Source of the DNA: Verrucomicrobiales bacterium
Lineage (GTDB): Bacteria; Verrucomicrobiota; Verrucomicrobiia; Verrucomicrobiales; V1-33
DNA length: 64,000 nucleotides
Assembly (NCBI GenBank): GCA_031411295.1
Contig: JANOAV010000038.1
Location: forward strand, 1-64,000
Reading direction: 5' to 3'
Positions within the stretch are counted from its first letter, which is position 1; every line of letters begins with the position of its first letter. The notes under the pieces are model-generated. The model was given only the letters and a program-made list of their open reading frames with translations, was not told the DNA's origin and did not search any database. The translations under genes were made by a program, and so were the position numbers. Below are positions 19,654-29,783 of this stretch, in pieces.

Positions 19654-20670
19654 CTAGCGAGAGGGGATTGTGGTCGGTAGGGAAAGGAGTTCGCCAGCGG
19701 TGGCCACTTGGCGGCCGCCTGCCTGCCAGGCATCATAGCTGGCCCAACCTTGCTGTAGCAATTGTTGTGCCTGATTGAAGCGATCTGATGCTCCCAATTC
19801 GACCACCACGAGGCGATGCGGGACGACCAACGTGCTGCCATCCGCTTGTTTTACGACCGTGGCCGGGCGGGGAGCTGTAATGATCAGACAGGGGCCGGCG
19901 GCATTGGTGGTGCCGGTCTTAACTCCATCGATGCGATCCTTACCCAGCAACTCGTTGGTGTTGGTGACGATGAAGGACTTGGCCACTCCGCCGGTGCGAT
20001 AGCTCACTTTGCGCGTCTTCTGGCCCACGAAGAAATTGAAGTCACCCTTATTGATCGCATGCATCGTGAGTCGAGCCATGTCAGCCGCGGTTGAGGTGCC
20101 CACGCCTCCGACGTCCAAGCCATGAGGATTGGTAAACCGCGTTTGATTCATCCCCAAGGTGCTGGCGAGGGCATTCATCTGGGTGACGAAGGCTCCGAGG
20201 GGCGATCCGCCCTGGCCGGTGAGTTGCAGGATCTTCGCTCCGACATGCTGCGCCAGGGCCTCGGCGGCAAAATTATCGGACCCCATCAACGCGCAGTGCA
20301 AAGCGTCCCGGATGCTCATTTGGTCACCGGGTTGGAGATTCAGTGCGCTGTTGCCCAGCAGTTGCACTGTGGGCGGAACGACCAAGGCTTCATCCAACGA
20401 ACCTCGGGAGGTGGCGATGGTATCCAAGACCACAATAGCTGTGGCGATTTTGGTTAAGCTGGCGATCGGACGGCGTTGATCGGCGTTATGTGAGAGCACT
20501 ACTTTCCGATCGTGGGTATCACAAACGACGTAGCTCACGATACCGGGAAAAACCGGGCCGATCTCAGGGACGGAACTGCCGCCGCCAGCCAGCAAGCCTT
20601 GACAGCCAGTTCCAAGGAGGGAGAGCGCAGCAACGGCACTGAGGAGGCAGGTAGTGAAGAGTGGTTTCAT
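19654..20670 (-). CDS. D-alanyl-D-alanine carboxypeptidase (peptidase S11), probable lipoprotein
   Basis: SxxK (ASLTK), SxN (SDN), FTNPHGL, KTG (VKTGTT); lipobox-like LGTGC. Confidence 0.88.
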   Translation of the reverse strand: MKPLFTTCLLSAVAALSLLGTGCQGLLAGGGSSVPEIGPVFPGIVSYVVCDTHDRKVVLSHNADQRRPIASLTKIATAIVVLDTIATSRGSLDEALVVPPTVQLLGNSALNLQPGDQMSIRDALHCALMGSDNFAAEALAQHVGAKILQLTGQGGSPLGAFVTQMNALASTLGMNQTRFTNPHGLDVGGVGTSTAADMARLTMHAINKGDFNFFVGQKTRKVSYRTGGVAKSFIVTNTNELLGKDRIDGVKTGTTNAAGPCLIITAPRPATVVKQADGSTLVVPHRLVVVELGASDRFNQAQQLLQQGWASYDAWQAGGRQVATAGELLSLPTTIPSR

Positions 20671-20918
20671 AAAGGTTGGGAACATATTCGAAGGGGCACC
20701 TTATCGAGCGATTTTCAAAAGGCAACCATCGGAAAGTCAGGATTTTGCCGAATCATCTTAGCCGAAATTTGGAGATGCCTTCATCACCAGGGTGCGGGGG
20801 CAGACCAAACCCAGTGCTCTGTTTGGGTAATGGAGGTTATTCCGGCTTTTTAGCTTTTTATATTGCAGACGGCACCCGATGGGGCCGGACGCATCCTTTT
20901 TGGGGGATGACCAAAAAC

Positions 20919-20948
20919 TTGCACTCTGAGCAAGGCTTTTCATAGTAT
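20919..20948 (+). promoter_or_regulatory. Putative sigma70-type promoter of the PSD1/DUF1501 pair
   Basis: TTGCAC-N18-TAGTAT, ending 5 nt before the GTG at 20954. Confidence 0.4.
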
Positions 20949-20953
20949 GATTC

Positions 20954-23953
20954 GTGCTCCATCCACTCCCGCTCCACTACGTTGCCTTGTTGTCTCTCCT
21001 GCTCTTGTTCCCCAAGAACGCGGGAGCCGGCACGATCAAATTTAATCGCGATGTGCGGACGCTGCTGTCGGACCGCTGTTTCCAGTGTCATGGGCCGGAT
21101 GAAAAGAAGCGGGAGGGGAAACTTCGCTTGGATACTTTCGAAGGAGCCACGGGCAAGGCCAAGAGCGGGGCGACGGCCATTGTGCCAGGCCAACCGGAGC
21201 AGAGTGAGTTCATGAAACGCATCCTAACGCACGATCTCGTGGATGTGATGCCGCCTCCGAAGACCAAGAAGACTCCGTTTACCGAAGCGGAAGTGGCCAC
21301 CTTGAAACAGTGGATTCAAGAAGGGGCCAGCTACGAAGGACATTGGGCCTTCCAGCCGCTGCCATCGGTGCGGGTGCCCGTCCTGGAACCGAGCTTGGCG
21401 GGGAAAAATGAAATCGATGCGTTCATCCGGGAGCGCCTGACGAAGGAAGGGCTCACGCCTTCGGCTGAGGCGGATCGCGCGACGTTGCTGCGACGTCTCA
21501 GCTTGGATCTCATCGGACTGCTGCCATCCCCGGCAGAGGTCGAGGCCTTTGTTAAAGATCAGTCACCCAATGCTTATGAGAAATGTGTTGATCGGCTGCT
21601 GGCCAGTCCCCACTATGGCGAGCGCTGGGGTCGGCACTGGTTGGATCAGGCGCGGTATGCCGATTCGGATGGCTACAGCATTGATGCGGAACGTCCCATG
21701 TGGCCGTATCGGGATTGGGTCATCAAGGCGCTGAACGATGATCTGCCCTTCGATCAATTCACCATTGAGCAACTGGCGGGGGACTTACTCCCTCAAGCCA
21801 CCAAGGCTCAGCGCGTGGCCACTGCCTTCCATCGGAACACGTTGATCAACTCCGAGGGTGGGGTGGACCCCGAACAGTATCGCATCGAAGCGGTGGTGGA
21901 TCGCGTCAATACCACGGGAGCCGTGTGGATGGGGCTGACGATGGGCTGTGCGCAATGCCATACCCACAAGTATGATCCTATTTCCCATCAGGAATACTAT
22001 CAGATGTTCACGTTCTTCAACACCTGCACGGATCGCAATGACAAGGGCGCCACCCTGCCCATGGCTCCAGGGGAAGTATTCGGCACCACCCCGCCGCCCG
22101 CTGCGCTGCCCCAGACCGAGTGGGAGGCGACTGCGCGGAAGCGACTAGCAGAGGCGATCACGCCTGGCGCTGGGGCCTTGAAAGCGGATTGGAAGGCGGT
22201 CAACCTCGTGGACTACGACACCGCCACTGGAGCGGGATTCGTCAAGCTGCCGGACAACTCGCTGCTCTCCGACGGGAAAGGTTCCTTCAATGATACCTAT
22301 CGCGTTTCGTTCACCAGCAGCTTGGGCAAAGTGGCCTCCATCCGGCTCCGTGCCCTAACGCACGAATCCCTCCCCAAGCAGGGCCCGGGTCGGGCGGGGA
22401 ATGGAAATTTCGTCCTCACGAAAGTGGAAGTCAGCCAGGGCGGCAAACCTGTGGCGGTGCAGGCGGCCATGGCGGATCATGAGCAACCAGAGTTTGCGGT
22501 AGCCGGTGTGCTGGACGACAATGCCCGCACTGGCTGGGCGATTAATGTGGCCGCCGGGAGCAAGGCGCGCATGAACGCGGAGCATGAGGCGGTGTTGCTG
22601 CTGCAATCCCCCGTGGATGCGCGCAAGGAGCCGTTGGAGGTGAAACTTTATCATGAGCTGAATCAGAATTATTTGCTGGGTCGGTTCGCACTGGAGGCAG
22701 CGGAAGATCAACCGAAATCCATCCTGTCAGCAGGCGATACGATGCTGCTGGAAGCGCTTAAAACCCCAGAAAAATCCCGCAATGCCCAGCAACGGAAATT
22801 GCTGGCTACCGCCTATGGCAAAGCCAAAAGCGAGTCCCAACCCAAAGGCACGGCTGCGCTGATGGTGATGGAGGAAATGCCCACCCCACGGCCAACGCAT
22901 CTGCTGCAACGGGGTGATTTCACCCGGCCGGACCTGGCTGGAGGAGCCATGTCCCCCGGGGTCTTGGCGGCGGTGGCAAGGGCGATGCCAGCTGGCCCCA
23001 CCGAGTTCAAGAACCGCCTGGACCTGGCACGATGGCTGGTCCATCCGCAGAATCCACTAACGCCACGGGTGACGGTTAATCGGATCTGGATGCACTTGTT
23101 CACCCGCGGACTGGTGGAGACAGAAGAGGACTTCGGCACCCAAGGCACGCCCCCATCCCATCCGGAATTATTGGACTGGCTGGCGAGTCATTTCATCAAG
23201 GATGGCTGGTCGATCAAGCAGTTGCTGCGCACCATCGTGACCAGTGCGACGTATCGGCAAAGCTCCGTCGGCAGGGCAGACGTGGCGGAGCGCGATCCGC
23301 GAAATTTACTGCTAGCCCGCCAGGAGCGCACGCGCGTGGAGGCCGAGATCATTCGTGATGCGGCCTTGACTGCCAGCGGCTTGCTGGACCCCACCATCGG
23401 TGGTCCCAGCGTCTTCCCGGTGCAGCCTGAAGGCGTCTATGCCTTCACGCAAAATGCCAAGAAATGGCAGGTGAGCGAGGGCACCGGCCGTTTCCGCCGG
23501 GGGCTCTACACGACGTTTTATCGCAGTGCCGCCCACCCGCTCTTCAGCACCTTCGATGCCCCGGATTTCCAAACGACGTGCACCCGCCGGGGCAGATCCA
23601 ACACCCCGCTGCAGGCGCTGATGATGGCGAACAATGGAGCCTTCCTCGAACTGGCCCGCGGCTTGGCCGGTCGTTTGCTCAAGGATCTTCCCGGTCCCTT
23701 TGCCGCGCAACTCGACGCTCGCATCAGCCGCGCTTTCCTGCTCTGCGTGAGTCGGGAACCAACCGCCGCCGAGCGCACTGCCTTGCACGAGGCGCTGTTA
23801 GGATTGCTGCAAACGTTCACCAAGAACCCGACGGAAGCCGCCGCGTTGCTGGATGCCGCCATGCCGATTGCCGCCCCTCCCGCTGAGGCGGCTGCGCTCA
23901 CCAGTCTGGCGCGCATTCTTTTTAACAGCGATAATTTCCTCACCCGCGAATAG
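20954..23953 (+). CDS. Planctomycete cytochrome c / DUF1549 / DUF1553 (PSD1) protein
   Basis: FNRDVR..CFQCHG, HWAFQP, LLRRLSLDLIG, YGERWGRHWLDQARYADSDG, CAQCH, NPLTPRVTVNRIW, PSHPELLDWLA, NTPLQAL; signal peptide. Confidence 0.93.
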   Translation: MLHPLPLHYVALLSLLLLFPKNAGAGTIKFNRDVRTLLSDRCFQCHGPDEKKREGKLRLDTFEGATGKAKSGATAIVPGQPEQSEFMKRILTHDLVDVMPPPKTKKTPFTEAEVATLKQWIQEGASYEGHWAFQPLPSVRVPVLEPSLAGKNEIDAFIRERLTKEGLTPSAEADRATLLRRLSLDLIGLLPSPAEVEAFVKDQSPNAYEKCVDRLLASPHYGERWGRHWLDQARYADSDGYSIDAERPMWPYRDWVIKALNDDLPFDQFTIEQLAGDLLPQATKAQRVATAFHRNTLINSEGGVDPEQYRIEAVVDRVNTTGAVWMGLTMGCAQCHTHKYDPISHQEYYQMFTFFNTCTDRNDKGATLPMAPGEVFGTTPPPAALPQTEWEATARKRLAEAITPGAGALKADWKAVNLVDYDTATGAGFVKLPDNSLLSDGKGSFNDTYRVSFTSSLGKVASIRLRALTHESLPKQGPGRAGNGNFVLTKVEVSQGGKPVAVQAAMADHEQPEFAVAGVLDDNARTGWAINVAAGSKARMNAEHEAVLLLQSPVDARKEPLEVKLYHELNQNYLLGRFALEAAEDQPKSILSAGDTMLLEALKTPEKSRNAQQRKLLATAYGKAKSESQPKGTAALMVMEEMPTPRPTHLLQRGDFTRPDLAGGAMSPGVLAAVARAMPAGPTEFKNRLDLARWLVHPQNPLTPRVTVNRIWMHLFTRGLVETEEDFGTQGTPPSHPELLDWLASHFIKDGWSIKQLLRTIVTSATYRQSSVGRADVAERDPRNLLLARQERTRVEAEIIRDAALTASGLLDPTIGGPSVFPVQPEGVYAFTQNAKKWQVSEGTGRFRRGLYTTFYRSAAHPLFSTFDAPDFQTTCTRRGRSNTPLQALMMANNGAFLELARGLAGRLLKDLPGPFAAQLDARISRAFLLCVSREPTAAERTALHEALLGLLQTFTKNPTEAAALLDAAMPIAAPPAEAAALTSLARILFNSDNFLTRE

Positions 23954-23973
23954 CCTCAACGCTGATCCAAGCC

Positions 23974-25407
23974 ATGTCTCCATCACCACTCCAACAACAA
24001 ACTCGACGACACTTCTTCGGTCAATGCGGCCTGGGGGTAGGCGGATTGGCGTTGCATCAGTTACTCCAGCAGGATGGCGTAGCCGCCCCGCCAATCGATC
24101 CGAGCCGGCCACTGCGGGCCCGTAAACCGCCGAATCCGGCCCGGGCCAAGAATGTGATTGTGCTGTTCATGGCAGGTGCGCCCAGTCAGTTAGAGTTGTT
24201 CGAGGACAAACCGAAACTGCGTGAATACTCCGGCCAGAAGCCACCGCCCTCGCTCATGGAAGGGAAACGTTTCGCGTTCCTCAAAGGAAATGAAACCCTG
24301 CTGGGAACGGTCCGCCAGTTCGCGCGCTATGGTGAGTCCGGGATGTCCCTCAGTGCCCTGTTGCCGCACCACACGAAGATCGTGGATGAAGTCTGCTGGC
24401 TGCGTGGCATGAGCACCGATTTTTTCAACCACGGTCCGGCTAAGATTTTCCGTAATACTGGTTTCCCGGTCCCCGGAAGACCCAGCATGGGAGCCTGGGC
24501 AACCTATGGCTTGGGCTCTGAATCGAGCGATCTGCCGGGCTTTGTGGTCATGCAAAGCGGTCCCCGGGGACCACGCGCCGGTGCCTCCCTCTGGAGCAGT
24601 GGCTTCCTGCCCACGTCTTTCCAGGGAGTGCCGTTGCGGGGCAAGGGCGATCCCATTCTGGATCTGCGCAGCCCGGCCGGATTGAGTCGGGACACCGAAC
24701 GCACGCTTTATCAAACGGTGGCAGCGTTAAATCAATCACGCCTGCAGGAAACCAAGGACAACGAAATCTTAACCCGTTTGAACGCCTACGAAACAGCATT
24801 TCGCATGCAGACCAGCGCCCCGGATCTGATGGATCTGAGCCAGGAAAACCAAGCCACCCTGGATCTCTACGGCTGCAAGCGGGAGGAGGCATCGTATGCC
24901 CGGAACTGCTTGCTGGCACGCCGCTTGATTGAGCGGGGCACCCGGTTTGTCCAGCTCTATCATACCGATTGGGATCACCACGGAGATAAGATCAACAACC
25001 TGAGCGACAGCTTGGACACGCGGTGTCGCGAAGTGGATCAAGCCAGCGCGGCTTTGGTGTTAGACTTGAAGCAACGCGGGCTCCTCGAAGACACCATGGT
25101 GGTCTGGGGAGGGGAATTCGGCCGCACTCCGATGGGTGAAGTGCGGGCGACGGTGGGGCGGGACCACCATATTGATGCCTTTACGATGTGGGTGGCCGGA
25201 GGGGGCTTCAAACGTGGGTTTATCCATGGCGAGACGGATGAACTCGGCTTTGGCGTGGTGCAGGGAAAAGTCCATGTCCATGATCTAAACGCCACGATTC
25301 TGCATCAATTGGGATTTGATCACGAGCGCTTCACCTACCGCTTCCAAGGCCGGGACTTCCGCCTGACGGACATCCATGGCGAAGTGGTCCACGATGTGCT
25401 AGCCTAG
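23974..25407 (+). CDS. DUF1501 domain protein (Tat signal)
   Basis: TRRHFF twin-arginine motif, FMAGAPSQLE, GRPSMGAW, ARRLIERGTRFVQ, WDHH, GGEFGRTP, GRDHH. Confidence 0.93.
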   Translation: MSPSPLQQQTRRHFFGQCGLGVGGLALHQLLQQDGVAAPPIDPSRPLRARKPPNPARAKNVIVLFMAGAPSQLELFEDKPKLREYSGQKPPPSLMEGKRFAFLKGNETLLGTVRQFARYGESGMSLSALLPHHTKIVDEVCWLRGMSTDFFNHGPAKIFRNTGFPVPGRPSMGAWATYGLGSESSDLPGFVVMQSGPRGPRAGASLWSSGFLPTSFQGVPLRGKGDPILDLRSPAGLSRDTERTLYQTVAALNQSRLQETKDNEILTRLNAYETAFRMQTSAPDLMDLSQENQATLDLYGCKREEASYARNCLLARRLIERGTRFVQLYHTDWDHHGDKINNLSDSLDTRCREVDQASAALVLDLKQRGLLEDTMVVWGGEFGRTPMGEVRATVGRDHHIDAFTMWVAGGGFKRGFIHGETDELGFGVVQGKVHVHDLNATILHQLGFDHERFTYRFQGRDFRLTDIHGEVVHDVLA

Positions 25408-25456
25408 CGCGTGTGTTTGCTCGCAGCATTGCCTGCCTGCTGTTAGGAGTATGCGC

Positions 25457-25544
25457 TGGAGTCCCGCTTTTATGCGGAGCATCACGTGAAGCAACCCATG
25501 ACCAGCGGCTCTCCCTGTTCCTCCGGCTAAAGCGCGGGACACCA
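25457..25544. repeat. REP doublet (TGGAG-type) between convergent DUF1501 and ftsH genes
   Basis: TGGAGTCCCGCTTTTATGCGG ... CCGGCTAAAGCGCGGGACACCA; similar to 59376-59458. Confidence 0.6.
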
Positions 25545-25564
25545 ACTCGTGTTGCTATTATTTC

Positions 25565-27601
25565 CTAGGCTGGGGCTCCAGCCAGTCCACCTGGCAAATC
25601 GTCTGGCGTTGCTTCAGCGGGGGCTGGGCGCGGGGCCACGACTTCCACGGGAGGAGCGGGTGGCTTCGTGCGCGGGGGATTGGTCATGCGGCCGTGCTCG
25701 ATGATTTCGTGGATATGCGAACCGTCGAGGGTTTCATATTCCAGTAGCGCCTTGGCAATCGCATCCAATTCGGCACGATACTTCATGATCAAGGCCTTGG
25801 AGCGAGCATAGGCATTGTCGATCAGTTGCTTGACTTCGGCATCGATCTTCTGGGCCGTGGCCTCGCTGTAGTCCCGGCCTTGCGTCATATCGCGGGCGAG
25901 GAAAACGTGTTCCTGGGCATTGCCATATTCGACCATGCCAAGGTTCTCGCTCATACCCCATTCGCAAACCATGCGTTTGGCGATGCCGGTGGCCATTTTG
26001 ATATCACCTGATGCTCCGCTGGTAACGTCGCCAAAGGCGATTTCTTCGGCCACGCGGCCGCCCATGGCAACCACGAGGCTGTCCAACAGTTCGTTCTTGC
26101 GGGTGTTGTAGCGATCCTCAAGGGGCAACCACATGGTTGATCCCAAGCTGGGGCCACGTGGAATGATGGTGACCTTGTGCAGCGGTTCGGTATGCTCCAA
26201 CCCAACTAAGCAGATGGCGTGACCCGCTTCGTGGTAGGCCGTGGTTTCCTTCTCCTTTTCGGACAAAGCCAGGCTGCGACGCTCTTTGCCCCAGCGCACT
26301 TTATCCCGGGCTTCTTCCAACTCACGCAAGGTGATGGCTTTCAAATTTTTGCGGGAAGCGAGCAGGGCAGCTTCGTTGATGACATTGGCCAACTCGGCAC
26401 CAGAGTATCCCGGAGTGCCCCGGGCAATGACACCCAGATCCACATCGGCCGCCATTTTGACTTTCTTGGAATGCACTTGGAGGATGGCCTCGCGACCTTT
26501 CACGTCAGGTAAATTCACCGTGACCTGACGGTCGAAACGACCTGGGCGCAGCAACGCAGGGTCCAGCACATCCGGCCGATTCGTAGCGGCAATAATGATG
26601 ACGCCTTCCTGGGTATCGAAACCGTCCATTTCCACGAGCATCGCATTCAGCGTTTGTTCCCGCTCGTCATGCCCGCCGCCCATGCCGTGTCCACGATGGC
26701 GACCGACGGCATCGATTTCGTCAATGAAGATCAAGCAGGGAGCGTTCTTGCGGCCCTGCTCAAACATATCGCGCACCCGGGAGGCCCCGACGCCGACAAA
26801 CATTTCCACGAAGTCTGATCCGCTGATGCTGAAGAACGGGACATCCGCCTCGCCTGCAATGGCCTTGGCCAAGAGCGTCTTGCCGGTTCCGGGGGATCCT
26901 ACCATGAGCACGCCTTTGGGAATCCGACCACCCAGGCGTTGGAATTTCTTGGGATCCTTGAGGAATTCGACCAACTCCCACACTTCTTCTTTGGCTTCTT
27001 CCACGCCAGCCACTTGCTTGAACGTGATTTTGTTCTTGTCCATGGCCATCATCTTGGCGCGGCTCTTGCCAAAGCTCATCGCTCCTTTGCCAGCCATTTT
27101 GATTTGCTGACGAAAGAGGAAATATAAAATCACGAGGAGAAATATGAACGGCAGAAAGGTCGCCACATAACTGCCCCAGACATTGCTGGGACTCGTAAAT
27201 TTAGGGACGACGCCCAATTTCTTGAGGGTATCCAGCACCAGGTCGGTCGTGCCACTTTCGAGGATTACTTCGGTGCGAAACTCAATCGGTTTATTGCCCG
27301 CCGCCCGTTCATCGAACATCTGGCCCTTGATGTATTCCCGACCTTCGCTGTGGTCCCGGACGATTTCCATGCCCTTGGTAAGATCAAAGGTGGCTTTGGT
27401 TTTGTCATTGGCTTGAGCCTCTACTTTGCTGACGAAATCAGGAAATGGTAAATCACGCGTCTGCTCACCGGATTTCCAGATGGTCCCAGCGGCCACCAAG
27501 CTCAGGGCAAACGCGATGATGACAAGCCCGCGCCAATTAAAACCAGGTTCCGGGGTGCGACGATCCGGATTGGGCGGAGGGGAGTTTTCGTTTTGAGACA
27601 T
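25565..27601 (-). CDS. ftsH: ATP-dependent zinc metalloprotease FtsH
   Basis: Two N-terminal TMs, Walker A GSPGTGKT, Walker [35 protein letters not shown] zinc motif. Confidence 0.98.
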   Translation of the reverse strand: MSQNENSPPPNPDRRTPEPGFNWRGLVIIAFALSLVAAGTIWKSGEQTRDLPFPDFVSKVEAQANDKTKATFDLTKGMEIVRDHSEGREYIKGQMFDERAAGNKPIEFRTEVILESGTTDLVLDTLKKLGVVPKFTSPSNVWGSYVATFLPFIFLLVILYFLFRQQIKMAGKGAMSFGKSRAKMMAMDKNKITFKQVAGVEEAKEEVWELVEFLKDPKKFQRLGGRIPKGVLMVGSPGTGKTLLAKAIAGEADVPFFSISGSDFVEMFVGVGASRVRDMFEQGRKNAPCLIFIDEIDAVGRHRGHGMGGGHDEREQTLNAMLVEMDGFDTQEGVIIIAATNRPDVLDPALLRPGRFDRQVTVNLPDVKGREAILQVHSKKVKMAADVDLGVIARGTPGYSGAELANVINEAALLASRKNLKAITLRELEEARDKVRWGKERRSLALSEKEKETTAYHEAGHAICLVGLEHTEPLHKVTIIPRGPSLGSTMWLPLEDRYNTRKNELLDSLVVAMGGRVAEEIAFGDVTSGASGDIKMATGIAKRMVCEWGMSENLGMVEYGNAQEHVFLARDMTQGRDYSEATAQKIDAEVKQLIDNAYARSKALIMKYRAELDAIAKALLEYETLDGSHIHEIIEHGRMTNPPRTKPPAPPVEVVAPRPAPAEATPDDLPGGLAGAPA

Positions 27602-27756
27602 CAGATAATGGGGGTAAATCCAGCGATAGAGCCAGATAAGATATGCTTAATATGACGATCCGCAAAGTAAAACGGATGCCACGTAGCACGGTGCAAAGTC
27701 CGCGCAACTGGCAGACTGGCAATGAGAATTTGCGAGAATTTGGGTAATCCGGACCG

Positions 27757-28497
27757 TTAGGAGACGGTTCTGCGTCGACGCCAGAGCCTGCTTCCCAAGG
27801 CCAGACCCACCAGTCCGCAGGCATTCGTCTCCGGCACGGCGGTGTAGTTAATCACCAAGGTGGGCTGCTGATTGAGAGGGCTTTCACTGGATCCCAGTTC
27901 GCGTGCATTAGTTTGAGTTTCCGAGGCGGCCTTCACCAGCCAACCGAAATTAGTGGACGGGTTATTGAGCCAGCCTTGCACATCTGCCACGAGGGTGGGG
28001 GTGGAATCGAACGTATAGCTTGTGAGCGCAGAGTTGAATACAGTCGTAGCACTAGTGGCTCCAAAATCCCCCCCGGCGGTGGTCCAAGCGGTAGTGTTAT
28101 AGAACCTGGAGTTCCAGGTCGCGTCACCCACCGTGGCCGCAGCCCCTCCTCCAGTGCCTGCAGAGGTGCCTTCCCCCCATCCCTGCGAGAGTGGGTGCAG
28201 CTCGAAGGTGGCGCTCACGCCCGGGCCGATTTTCACCTGCACAAATGTCAAGGAAACGGAATCGATGATAGATCCGGACGGAATGTTGCCCAAGATGTCG
28301 AAGGCGACGAGCGCCCGTCTTGTCCATGCAGTATTGGCGGCCGTGCCAATAAACAATGCGCCTTGGCCGTTACTGTTCTGAGACTCGCTGTAAATCGTGT
28401 TATCCAGACTAGGATGCAAACTCACTGACGCGCCAGAAGCGGCACTAGCTGACATTGCGAAAAGCCCGAAAAGACGGACTGCGGAAAACTTGATCAT
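27757..28497 (-). CDS. DNRLRE-like domain PEP-CTERM-type secreted protein
   Basis: Signal peptide; DNTIYSE, RRALVAFD, DVQGWL..NFGW, PTLVINY; tail VPET-hydrophobic-RRRR. Confidence 0.75.
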   Translation of the reverse strand: MIKFSAVRLFGLFAMSASAASGASVSLHPSLDNTIYSESQNSNGQGALFIGTAANTAWTRRALVAFDILGNIPSGSIIDSVSLTFVQVKIGPGVSATFELHPLSQGWGEGTSAGTGGGAAATVGDATWNSRFYNTTAWTTAGGDFGATSATTVFNSALTSYTFDSTPTLVADVQGWLNNPSTNFGWLVKAASETQTNARELGSSESPLNQQPTLVINYTAVPETNACGLVGLALGSRLWRRRRTVS

Positions 28498-28532
28498 TTT
28501 AAAAATTATGGTAAATATAGGCTAGGCTAAGT

Positions 28533-29009
28533 TTACTCCCAAAGGTAGGAATGATGTTCAGCAAGCTCCTCCTTACCCCGCATGAGGGAAATTTTCCAAG
28601 CGGTCACATGTCCATTGGTCTTCCATTCGTCTCCGATCACAGACATCTCAGTAGTGTTGCTGCCCTTGATGTCGGTGATTTCGACTTCTTTGCTGTAGAG
28701 GGTTGAGCCGGTCTTGGACTGGCGGTATTGCAACTGAAGTTTCACTGGTTGGCTGCGATCCTTGATGGCCCAGTGCACGTTGTAATAGACTCCCTCCCGG
28801 CCTTCGATCTCCTCTTGGGAGACGGCTCCATAGAGATAGAATTTTTGCTCGAAGGAAATTGATGGGTCCGCGCTGACGATGTTTTTCTTGCCGTTGAAAC
28901 GGTAATAATTCACTTTGCTGATTTCCGCATCCTTGGAGGAGGAAGCACAGGACACCAGCCCGGCAGAAGCCACGGCCAAAAGAATCGAGAGAATTTTGGA
29001 GACAGTCAT
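28533..29009 (-). CDS. Hypothetical lipoprotein
   Basis: Lipobox LVSC after a hydrophobic stretch; ends SYLWE. Start uncertain. Confidence 0.7.
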   Translation of the reverse strand: MTVSKILSILLAVASAGLVSCASSSKDAEISKVNYYRFNGKKNIVSADPSISFEQKFYLYGAVSQEEIEGREGVYYNVHWAIKDRSQPVKLQLQYRQSKTGSTLYSKEVEITDIKGSNTTEMSVIGDEWKTNGHVTAWKISLMRGKEELAEHHSYLWE

Positions 29010-29084
29010 ATTGAGGTAGTTAAATCGCATGGTTGGCACGCTTGTCAATCGCAGGAAATGGCTCGCAAGCGAACCTTCAGAACA

Positions 29085-29594
29085 TTATTTACCGGGTTTG
29101 GGTGCTACATAATCTATCCGGGGAGCATCCGACCACAAGTCTTCCAAGGCGTAGAGTTTCCGTTTGTCGTCCTGAAAGATGTGCACCACCACATCGAAAA
29201 AATCCACCACGACCCAGCCGCTTTCAGGGTTTCCGTCCAGACGGTTCTGCCGCACGTCGTGGTCCAACCAGAGTTTATCCGCCACTTCCTTGCGAATGGC
29301 GCGGAGTTGCGGTAGAGAATTGCCGGAGCAAATCACGTAGAAATCGGTCACGTTGGAAATGGCACTGACATCCAGAATGACGATGTCGGTAGCTTTCTTG
29401 TCGTCGGCATAGCGGGCGGCTAGTTTGGCGAGATCCATTCCCACGGGCTTGTAGAGCGGAGGCGCGGGCTTCTCTGGCGCAGCGGCAGTGGCAACTTTTT
29501 TAGCCGCCACCTTCTTGGCAGCCACCTTTTTGGCGGCAGCGGGTTTGGGAGCAGGGGCGGTCGCTACAGGAGCGGATTTCTTTTTGGCAGGCAT
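29085..29594 (-). CDS. rsfS: Ribosome silencing factor RsfS with an Ala/Lys/Pro-rich N-terminal extension
   Basis: DKKATDIVILDV, TDFYVICSG, WVVVDFFDVVVHIF, YALEDLWSDAP. Confidence 0.95.
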   Translation of the reverse strand: MPAKKKSAPVATAPAPKPAAAKKVAAKKVAAKKVATAAAPEKPAPPLYKPVGMDLAKLAARYADDKKATDIVILDVSAISNVTDFYVICSGNSLPQLRAIRKEVADKLWLDHDVRQNRLDGNPESGWVVVDFFDVVVHIFQDDKRKLYALEDLWSDAPRIDYVAPKPGK

Positions 29595-29783
29595 GAGGGC
29601 TTGGAAAATTTACGGGGAGTGGTATGGGCTTACTGTGCCCCGAATTTCCCTGCGGTAAAGGAAGTATTTAATATAGTGAAGATTTCCGTTTTGAGGGTGC
29701 GGTCATCCGCGCCATCTTGTGCCACCCGCTTCTGGCTGTTTGCCATGCGGAAAACTTAAGGCTCCAGCAATTTAAAATCACTC

